From assembly GCA_966212285.1 (NCBI GenBank), contig CBIHQW010000007.1:19961-83960 (forward strand): a DNA stretch of 64,000 nucleotides. The letters are read 5' to 3'. This DNA comes from Massilia kyonggiensis. Lineage in GTDB: Bacteria; Pseudomonadota; Gammaproteobacteria; Burkholderiales; Burkholderiaceae_D. The translations under genes and the position numbers were made by a program. A model generated the notes under the pieces. The model was not told the origin of the DNA. It saw only the letters and a list, made by a program, of their open reading frames with translations, and did not search any database. Position 1 is the first letter of the stretch; the number at the start of each line of letters is the position of its first letter. Below, piece after piece: positions 37,625 to 46,343 of this stretch.

Positions 37625-39214
37625 TCAGGCGGCCAGCGAGTAGTCTCCGTCCGGCGCCGGAGACTCTTCCGGCTCCTCCGTCCCGGACTCCGCGGTCGCC
37701 ATCTCCGGCAACAGGCTGCGCAGCCGGTACAGGCGCTGCCGATAATTCCCTTCCGGTCCCCCCGGACCGCAATCGACGTTCTCGAAGACGAGCGCCACGC
37801 GGTCGAGCAACTGGCGTTCCTGCACCGTTTCCACCGAGATCAGCCGGCGCCGGCTGCGTCCGTAGCTGGCGCGGATGTCGATCACGAGGCAATGGCCGCG
37901 GTCGGCGCTGCGCACATCCAGCAGCAGCGCTTCGGCCCGGCTCAGGCCGAAGGCCACCGCCAGTTCCAGGCGCGCGGCCAGCAGCGGATGGGCCACCAGG
38001 TCGCGCCCCGCGAGCCCGCCCAGGTCCGTCCAGGCGCCGGGCTGGCGCGGCGCCAGCTTGCGCAGCGCGGCGGCAGCCTTGGGACAAGCCTGCGCCGCCG
38101 CCTTCTGCAGCCAGAACAATGCACGCACGTCGTTGTTCTCGTTCTCGCGCCGCGCGCGCCACGCCGCGTTCCCGCATTCGAGCTGGGCATCGCGATACCC
38201 CATCTCCGCCGCGCGCTCCAGGTATTTCTGCGCTTCCACGACATTGCGCTGGGAGAATTCCGGCTTGATATAAATGCGCGACAAGGCGTACCAGGCTTCG
38301 GCCAGGCCCTGCTCGCCGGCCTGCGTCAGCCAGCGCACGGCCTTCTTGAAGTTGGCCGCGCCATGGCTGCCGGGAATCCGCTTGCCGTCCACCCGCATGC
38401 GCGCGCACCACAGGCCGAGCGCGAACTGGGCATGGCGGTCCTGTTCGGCCGCGGCGATTTCCCAGAACCGCAGCAATTCATCCTGGCCGACGTCGTGCGG
38501 CGCGTCGTTCGCGGCGACGAGCCGGGCGCAGCGCGACAGCAGCAGCACCTCGTCCGGCGCCAGGCGAGCGGCCGTGTTGTCCTGGGCGGCATCGGAACCG
38601 GCCAGGGCGCGCGCCAGCGGGAGCGCCCGCTCCAGCCAGGCGGACCAGCGGCCCGCGCTCCAGTCCTGTTCCAGCAGGGCGAACTGGGCGGCGCCGACGC
38701 CGCTGTCGGCCGCCTGGCGCAGCCAGCGCTGGCCCGCGGGGCTGGCCACGGGCGCACGGGCGACCGGCTCGTCCGTCTCGGGCGGCGCGGCGCCGTGCTC
38801 GCGCGCGAGCAGCCACTGCGCTTCCGGGAACCCGGCACGGGCCGCGTCTTCCAGCGCGCGCAAGGCCTTGGCGCGCTGGGCCGGCGTGCACTGGCCGTCG
38901 TTCAGCGCGCCCAGTACCAGCTGTGCATAGACGAGCCCGGCCCGCACGAGGCCGCCGTCGTACGCCAGCTCGTACCAGCCGGTGACCGGTTGCGGACTGT
39001 CACGCGCGAGATCGACCGGAATATGGTTTCCGATCAATTGCCATGCTTCATCGCAACCTTGCTGTGCGGCGCGGTCGAGCCAATGCAGGGCCGTGGGCAG
39101 GCTCTTCGGCAGCCCGGCGCTGCCGAACAGATAGAGCCGGCCCAGGGCCAGTTGCGATTCGACGCGCCCGGCACGCGCGCCGCGGATGACCGCAAGTTCT
39201 TCACGATTTGCCAT
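37625..39214 (-). CDS. Sel1-like repeat protein with an unexplained C-terminal domain
   Basis: Repeats such as SQLALGRLYLFG...ALHWLDRAAQQG, AQFALGLW...AVRWLTQAGEQGLAEAWYALSRIY, AQKYLERAAEMGYRDAQ; no signal peptide. Start taken at MANREEL. Confidence 0.85.
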   Translation of the reverse strand: MANREELAVIRGARAGRVESQLALGRLYLFGSAGLPKSLPTALHWLDRAAQQGCDEAWQLIGNHIPVDLARDSPQPVTGWYELAYDGGLVRAGLVYAQLVLGALNDGQCTPAQRAKALRALEDAARAGFPEAQWLLAREHGAAPPETDEPVARAPVASPAGQRWLRQAADSGVGAAQFALLEQDWSAGRWSAWLERALPLARALAGSDAAQDNTAARLAPDEVLLLSRCARLVAANDAPHDVGQDELLRFWEIAAAEQDRHAQFALGLWCARMRVDGKRIPGSHGAANFKKAVRWLTQAGEQGLAEAWYALSRIYIKPEFSQRNVVEAQKYLERAAEMGYRDAQLECGNAAWRARRENENNDVRALFWLQKAAAQACPKAAAALRKLAPRQPGAWTDLGGLAGRDLVAHPLLAARLELAVAFGLSRAEALLLDVRSADRGHCLVIDIRASYGRSRRRLISVETVQERQLLDRVALVFENVDCGPGGPEGNYRQRLYRLRSLLPEMATAESGTEEPEESPAPDGDYSLAA

Positions 39215-39697
39215 CGTTCTTTTCTTGATGTTAGAGACGTCTAAGAAATGTACGCAGTTCCATGTCGCAAGCACAATGCACGAAGATGCGTGCAGATCGC
39301 CTGCGTTGCGCTACTGATGAGCTCATGTGGCGCGCACTGCGGTAACAATGGACGTCGGATGGGCCAGAGTCTAAAGCCGCGGCGATGCGATTCGGCTGCG
39401 ATTCCAAAGGCCTTTGAGCCCGCACAAACCCTGCCGTGGTACGGGGAGAGAATGATGATGTTTGGAAACTTAAACGAGCCTTAAGGTGCGCCCGGTTTCC
39501 TGGCGTGGCCGTTTCGAAAATACAACAGCACGATTGGTTTTATTGGCTTTCGACCAAGTGCAACAGTCATAATTGACAAATCAGACAATCTTGACGCATT
39601 AAGCATTTAAGGTTCACACATCCGAGTGTTCAGCAACTAATAAAAATCTCAATGCTCTCTGGATTCCTTCGATTCACTTTTTAGGATAAAAATTAAG

Positions 39698-40771
39698 ATG
39701 AAAAAAACCCTCGTGGCAGCCGCTCTGCTGGGCGCATTCGCCGGTGTGGCACAAGCTCAAACCGCCGTCCAAATCTACGGTAACATCGACGTCGGCATGG
39801 TCAAGCGTACCGACCAGACCCTGGCCATCGGCAAGCGTGCTTCCAACACCCTGGGCTTCAAGGGCACCGAAGATCTGGGCAACGGCCTGAAGGCACTGTT
39901 CCAAGTCGAAATGCGTTACGAGCCGGACACCGGCACCAACGAAAACAACGGCCGTCCGCTGTTCCAGGGCCAGACCCGCGTCGGCCTGCAGGGCGACTTC
40001 GGTATGATCCGTCTGGGCCGTGGCCTGACCCCGTTCCAGGAAATCGTCGGTTCGTTCGAACCGTGGCACGGCCTGCCGTCGCCGGCCGGTTTCTACACCG
40101 ACATCTCGGTCGCCGGCTTCAACTCGGCTCCGCTGGACGTCGGCGGCAGCGGCCCGAACAACAACCGTATCTCGAACGCGATCTTCTATAACTCGCCGGT
40201 CGCCAATGGCTTCCAGGTGAACGCTTCGTGGGCCTCGAAAGAAGCCACCGGCGGCGGCGTGACCGGCGTCGGCGCTGGCGCCGCCACCTACGCTGCGGGC
40301 GCACAGGCTTCGGCCAACCCGTTCTCGATCGCTGGTACCTACAACAACGGTCCGGCCGCCGCGATGCTGGCTTACGAGCGCAACGCCGTCGAATCGAAGG
40401 TCTGGTCGGTCGCAGGTTCGTTCTCGGTGACCCCGGAACTGAAACTGATGGGTACCTACTCGCACCAGAACATGGAGCACACCAACACCCAGCGTCCGAC
40501 CATCAAGGGTGCTGAAATCGGTGCGACCTACGCTGTGGGCCCGGGCAAGCTGCTGGCTGGCTTCGGTCTGAAGAAGCAGGAAGAAAACGTCCGCCTGCAC
40601 GACCTGATCACCCGCCAGTACTCGCTGGGCTACGAGTACAGCCTGTCGAAGCGTACGTACCTGTACGTCGACGCGTCGCGCAAGACCAACGTCTTCAACC
40701 AGGCGACCGGCGCATCGGCTGCTACCCCGACCGTCAACCACTACGACATCGGCCTGAACCACTCGTTCTAA
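39698..40771 (+). CDS. General outer-membrane porin (Gram-negative porin family)
   Basis: MKKTLVAAALLGAFAGVAQAQ signal; LGFKGTEDLGNGLKALFQ; YEYSLSKRTYLY; C-terminal Phe. Codon usage (CGT, GGT, GCT) typical of a highly expressed gene. Confidence 0.95.
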   Translation: MKKTLVAAALLGAFAGVAQAQTAVQIYGNIDVGMVKRTDQTLAIGKRASNTLGFKGTEDLGNGLKALFQVEMRYEPDTGTNENNGRPLFQGQTRVGLQGDFGMIRLGRGLTPFQEIVGSFEPWHGLPSPAGFYTDISVAGFNSAPLDVGGSGPNNNRISNAIFYNSPVANGFQVNASWASKEATGGGVTGVGAGAATYAAGAQASANPFSIAGTYNNGPAAAMLAYERNAVESKVWSVAGSFSVTPELKLMGTYSHQNMEHTNTQRPTIKGAEIGATYAVGPGKLLAGFGLKKQEENVRLHDLITRQYSLGYEYSLSKRTYLYVDASRKTNVFNQATGASAATPTVNHYDIGLNHSF

Positions 40772-40809
40772 GCTGAGACTGCGGGGGCAACCCCGCCGTA
40801 TCGCTCGAG

Positions 40810-40850
40810 CAAGGGCGGACCTGGGCAACCGGGTCCGCCCTTGGCTTTTG
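40810..40850 (+). terminator. Intrinsic terminator of the porin gene
   Basis: CAAGGGCGGACC-N10-GGTCCGCCCTTG followed by GCTTTTG. Confidence 0.8.
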
Positions 40851-40932
40851 TGGCACAGTGCAGACAGGAAATCTGCGCCGACCCATTGCTGTCGGTTAAA
40901 ATGAACTTGTCTACCCATCTCGCAAGCCGCAC

Positions 40933-41598
40933 ATGACCGCCGCAACACTGGATTCCGCCGCCATCGCCCAATACCTGCTCGACCATCCGCAGTTCTTCGT
41001 GGAGCACGCCGCCCTGCTGGGCGAAGTGAAACTGTCGAGTCCGCTTACGGGCCGTGCGGTCTCGTTGCAGGAACGCCAGATGGAAGTCATGCGCGACAAG
41101 TACCGCATCCTGGAACTGCGCATGTCCGAGCTGGTGCGCCACGCCGAGGAAAACGCGGCCATCGCCAACCGTTTCCACGGCTGGGCCCAGCAATTGCTGC
41201 GCACCCGCGTGCCGGGCGAGATCCCGGCCGCCGTCGCCGAGGGCCTCGTCAAGCATTTCATCGTGCCGCAAGCGACCTTGCGCCTGTGGAAGCTGGCGCC
41301 CGAGCATGCGGACACGTGGTACACGAACGGCGTCTCCGAGGACGTGCGCCTGTTCGCCAGCAGCCTGCGCGCGCCGTACTGCGGCCCGAACAAGGAATTC
41401 GAAGCGGTCGGCTGGCTGGATGGCGCGGACACCGTGCGCTCGACCGTCCTGCTGCCGCTGCGCGCGAACGGCAGCGCCTTCGGCCTGCTCGTGCTCGGCT
41501 CTCCCGATCCGGAACGCTTCAGCGCCGCGATGGCGACGGATTTCCTCGTCCACATCGGCGAGACGGCCAGCACCGCACTGGCTCCCCTGCTCGGCTGA
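40933..41598 (+). CDS. DUF484 (YigA-like, GAF-like) protein
   Basis: YLLDHPQFF, AVSLQERQ, GLLVLGSPDPERF...ATDFL; immediately upstream of xerC. Confidence 0.88.
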   Translation: MTAATLDSAAIAQYLLDHPQFFVEHAALLGEVKLSSPLTGRAVSLQERQMEVMRDKYRILELRMSELVRHAEENAAIANRFHGWAQQLLRTRVPGEIPAAVAEGLVKHFIVPQATLRLWKLAPEHADTWYTNGVSEDVRLFASSLRAPYCGPNKEFEAVGWLDGADTVRSTVLLPLRANGSAFGLLVLGSPDPERFSAAMATDFLVHIGETASTALAPLLG

Positions 41599-41599
41599 C

Positions 41600-42520
41600 A
41601 TGGACACCCCGGCCGCCGACGACTGGACCGGCCGCTACCTGGCGGAGCTGAAAACGCAGCGCCAGCTGTCCGACCACACGATCGCCGCCTACCGCCGCGA
41701 CCTGGCCGAACTGGCCCGGCTCACCGGCCAGGCCGACTGGGCAACGCTCACCCATTTCGACATCCGCCGCGTCACGGCGAAACTGCACGCCGAGGGCCAG
41801 AGCGCCGCGTCGATCGCGCGCAAGCTGTCCGGCTGGCGCGGCTTCTTCAACTGGCTGTCGCGCCAGCGCCCGCTGGCCGCCAACCCGGCCGACGGCGTGC
41901 GCGCGCCGCGCCGCCCCAAGCGGCTGCCGAAGGCACTGGCCGTCGACGATGCCGTCCAGCTGATGGAAAAGACGACGTCCGGCCACCCGGAACCGGCCGA
42001 GCTGTGCGACCGCGCCATGTTCGAACTGCTGTACTCGAGCGGCCTGCGGGTGTCCGAGCTGGCCGGGCTCGACGTCCACCACGTCCCGGCTTCGCTCGGC
42101 TGGCTGGACCTCGAAGCCCAGGAAGTCATCGTCACCGGCAAGGGCAACAAGATGCGCCGGGTGCCCGTGGGCGGTCCGGCACGCGCGGCGCTGGAAGCGT
42201 GGCTGGCCGTGCGTCCGCCGGCGCGCGACGGCAGCGCCGCGTTATTCCTGTCGGCGCGCGACACGCGCATCAGCCCCCGCGTCGTGCAGTACCGCCTGAA
42301 AGCCCATGCGCAAAAGGCCGGCATGCCGGTCCACGTGCACCCGCACGTGCTGCGCCACTCGTTCGCCTCGCACGTGCTGCAATCCTCGGGCGACCTGCGC
42401 GCCGTGCAGGAACTGCTGGGCCACGCCAGCATCACGTCGACCCAGATCTATACGTCGCTCGACTTCCAGCACCTCGCCGCCGTGTACGACAAGGCCCATC
42501 CGCGCGCAAAGCGCAAGTAG
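41600..42520 (+). CDS. xerC: Tyrosine recombinase XerC
   Basis: All catalytic residues present: GLRVSE (R), TGKGNK (K), HVLRH (HxxR), LGHA, TQIY. Confidence 0.93.
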   Translation: MDTPAADDWTGRYLAELKTQRQLSDHTIAAYRRDLAELARLTGQADWATLTHFDIRRVTAKLHAEGQSAASIARKLSGWRGFFNWLSRQRPLAANPADGVRAPRRPKRLPKALAVDDAVQLMEKTTSGHPEPAELCDRAMFELLYSSGLRVSELAGLDVHHVPASLGWLDLEAQEVIVTGKGNKMRRVPVGGPARAALEAWLAVRPPARDGSAALFLSARDTRISPRVVQYRLKAHAQKAGMPVHVHPHVLRHSFASHVLQSSGDLRAVQELLGHASITSTQIYTSLDFQHLAAVYDKAHPRAKRK

Positions 42521-42632
42521 GTACGTCGCCCGCAGGCAAGCACGGCATGCCGGGTGGTGACGATTCGCAAATTCCGGCATAATCTTCCGATTCCCTGCGG
42601 CCGGAACGGCGCACACCATTGGACAGCGACAT

Positions 42633-43688
42633 ATGGAATTGATCCCAAGCACCATCCTGACCGGCTTCCTCGGCGCCGGCAAAACCACGTTGCTCAACCG
42701 CATCCTGCAGGAAGAGCACGGCCTGCGCATTGCCGTCATCGAAAACGAGTTTGGCCAGGAAAACATCGACAACGAGATCCTCGTGCAGGACTCGGGCGAG
42801 CAGATCGTCGAAATGAACAATGGCTGCATCTGCTGCACCGTGCGCGGCGACCTGATCGTCGCCCTGACGAACCTGGCGCGCAAGCGCGAGGCCGGCGAAA
42901 TCAGCTTCGACCGCGTCGTCATCGAGACCACGGGCCTCGCCAATCCGGGCCCGGTGGCCCAGACGTTCTTCGTCGACGAGGAAGTCGGCGCGCACTACCT
43001 GCTCGACGCCGTCGTCACCGTCGTGGACGCCCGTCACGCCATGGACCAGCTGGACCGCCACGAGGAAGCCCAGCGCCAGGTCGGTTTCGCCGACAAGATC
43101 CTGCTGTCCAAGACCGACCTCGTGGACGCCGCCGCCGTCGAGGAACTGAAGGCGCGCATCCGCCGCATCAACCCGCGTGCCCCGATCAGCACGTCGGATT
43201 TCGGCCGCGCGCCGATCAGCGACGTGCTCGACCTGCGCGGCTTCAACCTGAACGACAAGCTGGAGCTGGACCCCGCCTTCCTCACGACGGAAGAGGCGCA
43301 CGACCATGGTCACGATCACGATCATGACCACGACCACGTGCACACGGAAGCCTGCGGCCACAGCCACGATCACCACCATGGCCACCACAGCGACGACATC
43401 GCCGCGTTCGTGTTCAAGAGCGAGCGCGCGTTCGACCCCGAACGGCTGGATCAATTCCTCGGCAGCATGGTCCAAGTGTTCGGACCGAACATGCTGCGTT
43501 ACAAGGGCGTGCTGTCGATGGCGGGCGCGGATCGCAAGGTCGTCTTCCAAGGCGTGCATCAAATCATGGGCAGCGACCTCGGTGCAAAGTGGGCGGATGG
43601 CGAATCGCGCGGCAGCAAGATGGTGTTTATTGGTAAAAATTTACCGAAAGATGTCTTTATTCGCGGATTGGAACAGTGTTTGGTATAA
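42633..43688 (+). CDS. COG0523/CobW-family GTPase metallochaperone with His-rich insert
   Basis: GFLGAGKT, NEFG, GCICC, ETTGLANP, SKTD, then HDHGHDHDHDHDHVH...HSHDHHHGHH, and RYKG..QGVH in the C-terminal domain. Confidence 0.93.
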   Translation: MELIPSTILTGFLGAGKTTLLNRILQEEHGLRIAVIENEFGQENIDNEILVQDSGEQIVEMNNGCICCTVRGDLIVALTNLARKREAGEISFDRVVIETTGLANPGPVAQTFFVDEEVGAHYLLDAVVTVVDARHAMDQLDRHEEAQRQVGFADKILLSKTDLVDAAAVEELKARIRRINPRAPISTSDFGRAPISDVLDLRGFNLNDKLELDPAFLTTEEAHDHGHDHDHDHDHVHTEACGHSHDHHHGHHSDDIAAFVFKSERAFDPERLDQFLGSMVQVFGPNMLRYKGVLSMAGADRKVVFQGVHQIMGSDLGAKWADGESRGSKMVFIGKNLPKDVFIRGLEQCLV

Positions 43689-43841
43689 ACTACCCCGGTT
43701 CTATGGTGCTCCCATGCACCCTGTGGTTGAACGACTGAACAACGGTCACGGCAGCTGACCCGGCGCGCACACCGAAGCAATGGTAACCGCTGAGTTAGCT
43801 GATAAAATGGAAACTCTGTCGTATCAAAGGTAAGTGAAGTC

Positions 43842-44294
43842 ATGACTAAAACAACGAAACCGAATACCGTTGCGCAGCCCGAAGAACGCCTCCTGACGGA
43901 AGAAGAAATTCGGGCCATGAGCGACGACGACTACATGAACCCGGCCCAGCTGGCGTTCTTCAAGAACCGCCTGCAGGAGCTCGAAAAGGAACTGCTGAAA
44001 AACGCCGGCGAAACGACGGAACACCTGCGTGAAACGGTACTCGTTCCCGATCCGGCCGACCGCGCCACCATCGAGGAGGAGCATGCGCTCGAGCTGCGCA
44101 CCCGCGACCGCGAGCGCAAGCTGCTCAAGAAGGTCCAGCAATCGCTGGCCGCGATCGAGTCCGGCGAATACGGCTGGTGCGAGGAAACCGGTGAACCGAT
44201 CGGCATCCCCCGCCTGATCGCCCGTCCGACCGCGACGCTGTCGCTGGAAGCCCAGCAGCGCCGCGAGCTGAAGCAGAAACTGTACGGTGACTGA
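43842..44294 (+). CDS. dksA: RNA polymerase-binding protein DksA
   Basis: DDYMNPAQLAFFK, coiled-coil tip DPADRA, RDRERKLLKK, YGWCEETGEPIGIPRLIARPTA. Confidence 0.95.
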   Translation: MTKTTKPNTVAQPEERLLTEEEIRAMSDDDYMNPAQLAFFKNRLQELEKELLKNAGETTEHLRETVLVPDPADRATIEEEHALELRTRDRERKLLKKVQQSLAAIESGEYGWCEETGEPIGIPRLIARPTATLSLEAQQRRELKQKLYGD

Positions 44295-44312
44295 TCGTCG
44301 TACGCTCCGATG

Positions 44313-44342
44313 AAAAAGCATGCGCCCGCCGCATGCTTTTTT
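44313..44342. terminator. Bidirectional intrinsic terminator after dksA
   Basis: AAAAAGCATGCG-CCCGC-CGCATGCTTTTTT. Confidence 0.85.
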
Positions 44343-44410
44343 GTTTTTAGGGCCGATATTGGCTCTGGGTTCGTGCGCATGAATTATTTCCTATCAGATA
44401 CACTTGTGGG

Positions 44411-45703
44411 ATGGGGCTCTTCGATTTCCTGAAGAAAAAAGGCGACGCACCGCCGGTGGGTGCGGATGTCCGCTCGCGCCCGGACGGTCCGCTCGTGGCC
44501 GGCCCCGTCACGCGCCTGGCGCTCGATACCGAGGCGGAACGCGAACGCCAGCGTGAAATCGCCCGCGCCACTGCGGCCAAGATCGACGCGATCGAACTGG
44601 AGATGACCTCCGCCATCTTCGACGACGATGCCTGGGCCGGCAACCGGCGCCCTCCGGCCGCGGCCGTACCCGACCAGAACACGGACATCCTGCCGGATCA
44701 CGATGAAGTGCCGGACGCGGCCGCTGCCCCGTCCAGCGCCCCGGTCGTCGAGGAAGCGGCGATCCTGTACGCCAATGACCAGCTCGACGCCGCGGCCTTC
44801 CTGCTGCGCACCAGCGTGCGCGACCAGGGCGGCGAACGCCTGCCATGGTGGATGCTGTTCGACCTGGTCCAGATCATGGGTCTCGAACACGAGTTCGAAA
44901 GCATCGCGATCGACTACGCCAGCCGGTTCGAGACGTCGCCTCCCACCTATCGCCCCCTCGCGGCCACGTCGCACGCGCCGGACCACCAGTTTGCCGGAGC
45001 GATCCCGACGGCCACCCTGTCCGGCCGCCTGGACGACGGCCCTCTCGCCCGCGCGCAACTCGCCCGCGCCACCGCGCCGGGTCCGCTCGTCCGGTTCGAA
45101 TTCCAGGCGATCACCGCGGTGACGCCGCCGGGCTGCGCCCTGCTGCTGGAATCCCTGCAAACCCTGCGCAAGGCGGGACGCGAACTGGTGCTGGCGGGCG
45201 CCGACCACCTCGTCGCGGTGCTGCGCCCGATGCTGGCGATCGGCGACCGCGGCGCCGGCGAAGCGCCCTGGCTGCTGCTGCTGGAACTGCTGCTGCTGAC
45301 GAACCGCGAAAAGGATTTCGAGGAAACCGCCATGGATTATTGCGTCACCTTCGAAGTGTCGCCGCCGTCGTTCGAAGCCCCCCGACGCGCTGCGACGCGC
45401 CTGACGGCCGGTCCGGCGACGGCCGGCGACCGCTTCCTGCTGCCCGCCATGATCCGGGGCGACAGCGCGCCGCTGCTGGCCGCCATCGCCGGCCACGCGG
45501 CGCGCCATCCGGCTCTCGTGCTGGACGGGTCCCGGCTCGCACGCATCGATTACGCGGCCGCGAACGCCCTCGCCGCCCATCTGCGCACCCTGGCCCAGGA
45601 CGGGCGCGAGGTCGTGCTGCGCGACCTGAACCATCTCGTTGCCGCTTTGCTGCGCCTGCTCGGCGTCGGCGACCAGGTCCGCCTGTACGCCCATAAGTAC
45701 TGA
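44411..45703 (+). CDS. Hypothetical protein with duplicated helical + STAS-like modules
   Basis: C-terminal LVLDGSRLARIDYAAANAL...REVVLRDLNHLVAALLRLLGV is STAS-like; internal repeat ...DY...FE.SPP. Confidence 0.75.
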   Translation: MGLFDFLKKKGDAPPVGADVRSRPDGPLVAGPVTRLALDTEAERERQREIARATAAKIDAIELEMTSAIFDDDAWAGNRRPPAAAVPDQNTDILPDHDEVPDAAAAPSSAPVVEEAAILYANDQLDAAAFLLRTSVRDQGGERLPWWMLFDLVQIMGLEHEFESIAIDYASRFETSPPTYRPLAATSHAPDHQFAGAIPTATLSGRLDDGPLARAQLARATAPGPLVRFEFQAITAVTPPGCALLLESLQTLRKAGRELVLAGADHLVAVLRPMLAIGDRGAGEAPWLLLLELLLLTNREKDFEETAMDYCVTFEVSPPSFEAPRRAATRLTAGPATAGDRFLLPAMIRGDSAPLLAAIAGHAARHPALVLDGSRLARIDYAAANALAAHLRTLAQDGREVVLRDLNHLVAALLRLLGVGDQVRLYAHKY

Positions 45704-45724
45704 GACCGCCGGATACGGTTCAGT

Positions 45725-45752
45725 CTTGCAATTTCATATCGCATCCCCACTT
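45725..45752 (+). promoter_or_regulatory. Sigma32 (RpoH) heat-shock promoter for hslVU
   Basis: CTTGCA-N14-CCCCACTT, matching the CTTGAA-N13/14-CCCCATnT consensus, 30 nt upstream of hslV. Confidence 0.75.
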
Positions 45753-45781
45753 GCGGTGAGCAGATCAACCACGAGGCAAAT

Positions 45782-46318
45782 ATGGAACAATTTCACGGCA
45801 CGACGATCGTCAGCGTAAGGCGCGGCAACCAGGTCGCGCTCGGTGGCGATGGACAAGTCACCTTGGGCAACGTCGTCATGAAGGGCTCGGCGCGCAAGGT
45901 GCGCAAGCTCTACCAGAACAAGGTGCTGTGCGGCTTTGCCGGCGGCACGGCCGACGCCTTCACCCTGCTCGACCGCTTCGAAGCGAAACTGGAAAAACAC
46001 CAGGGCAATCTGCTGCGCGCCTCGGTCGAACTGGCCAAGGACTGGCGCACCGACCGCGTGCTGCGCCGCCTGGAGGCCATGCTGCTGGTGGCCGACCGCG
46101 AAAAGACCCTGATCATCACCGGCAACGGCGACGTGCTCGAACCGGAAGACGGCATCGGCGCGATCGGCTCGGGCGGCATCTACGCCCAGTCGGCCGCCAA
46201 GGCCCTGCAGGAAAACACGGATCTCGCCCCGGCCGACGTGGTCAAGAAAGCGCTGACCATCGCAGGCGAGCTGTGCATCTACACGAACATGTCGCACATC
46301 ATCGAGACGCTGGAATAA
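45782..46318 (+). CDS. hslV: ATP-dependent protease subunit HslV
   Basis: HG|TTIVSVRR (N-terminal Thr protease), [22 protein letters not shown]. Confidence 0.97.
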   Translation: MEQFHGTTIVSVRRGNQVALGGDGQVTLGNVVMKGSARKVRKLYQNKVLCGFAGGTADAFTLLDRFEAKLEKHQGNLLRASVELAKDWRTDRVLRRLEAMLLVADREKTLIITGNGDVLEPEDGIGAIGSGGIYAQSAAKALQENTDLAPADVVKKALTIAGELCIYTNMSHIIETLE

Positions 46319-46343
46319 CGGCCTCTCCCGCACGAAAGTATTC

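Noticed and set aside
39314-39345. CTGATGAG as a hammerhead ribozyme core
   Set aside because: The required downstream GAAA and stem II geometry are missing.
41600-42520. Tyrosine recombinase as a mobile-element integrase
   Set aside because: Size, motifs and the DUF484/dapF context identify chromosomal XerC; no dif-like or att sequence was found in the window.
42521-42632. Zur box upstream of cobW
   Set aside because: No match to a GAAATGTTA-N-TAACATTTC-type palindrome; only a short CGGCATGCCG palindrome is present.
43300-43390. CAC/GAT-rich repetitive tract as a DNA repeat or contingency locus
   Set aside because: It encodes the His/Asp-rich metal-binding insert of CobW; the codons vary and it is in frame.
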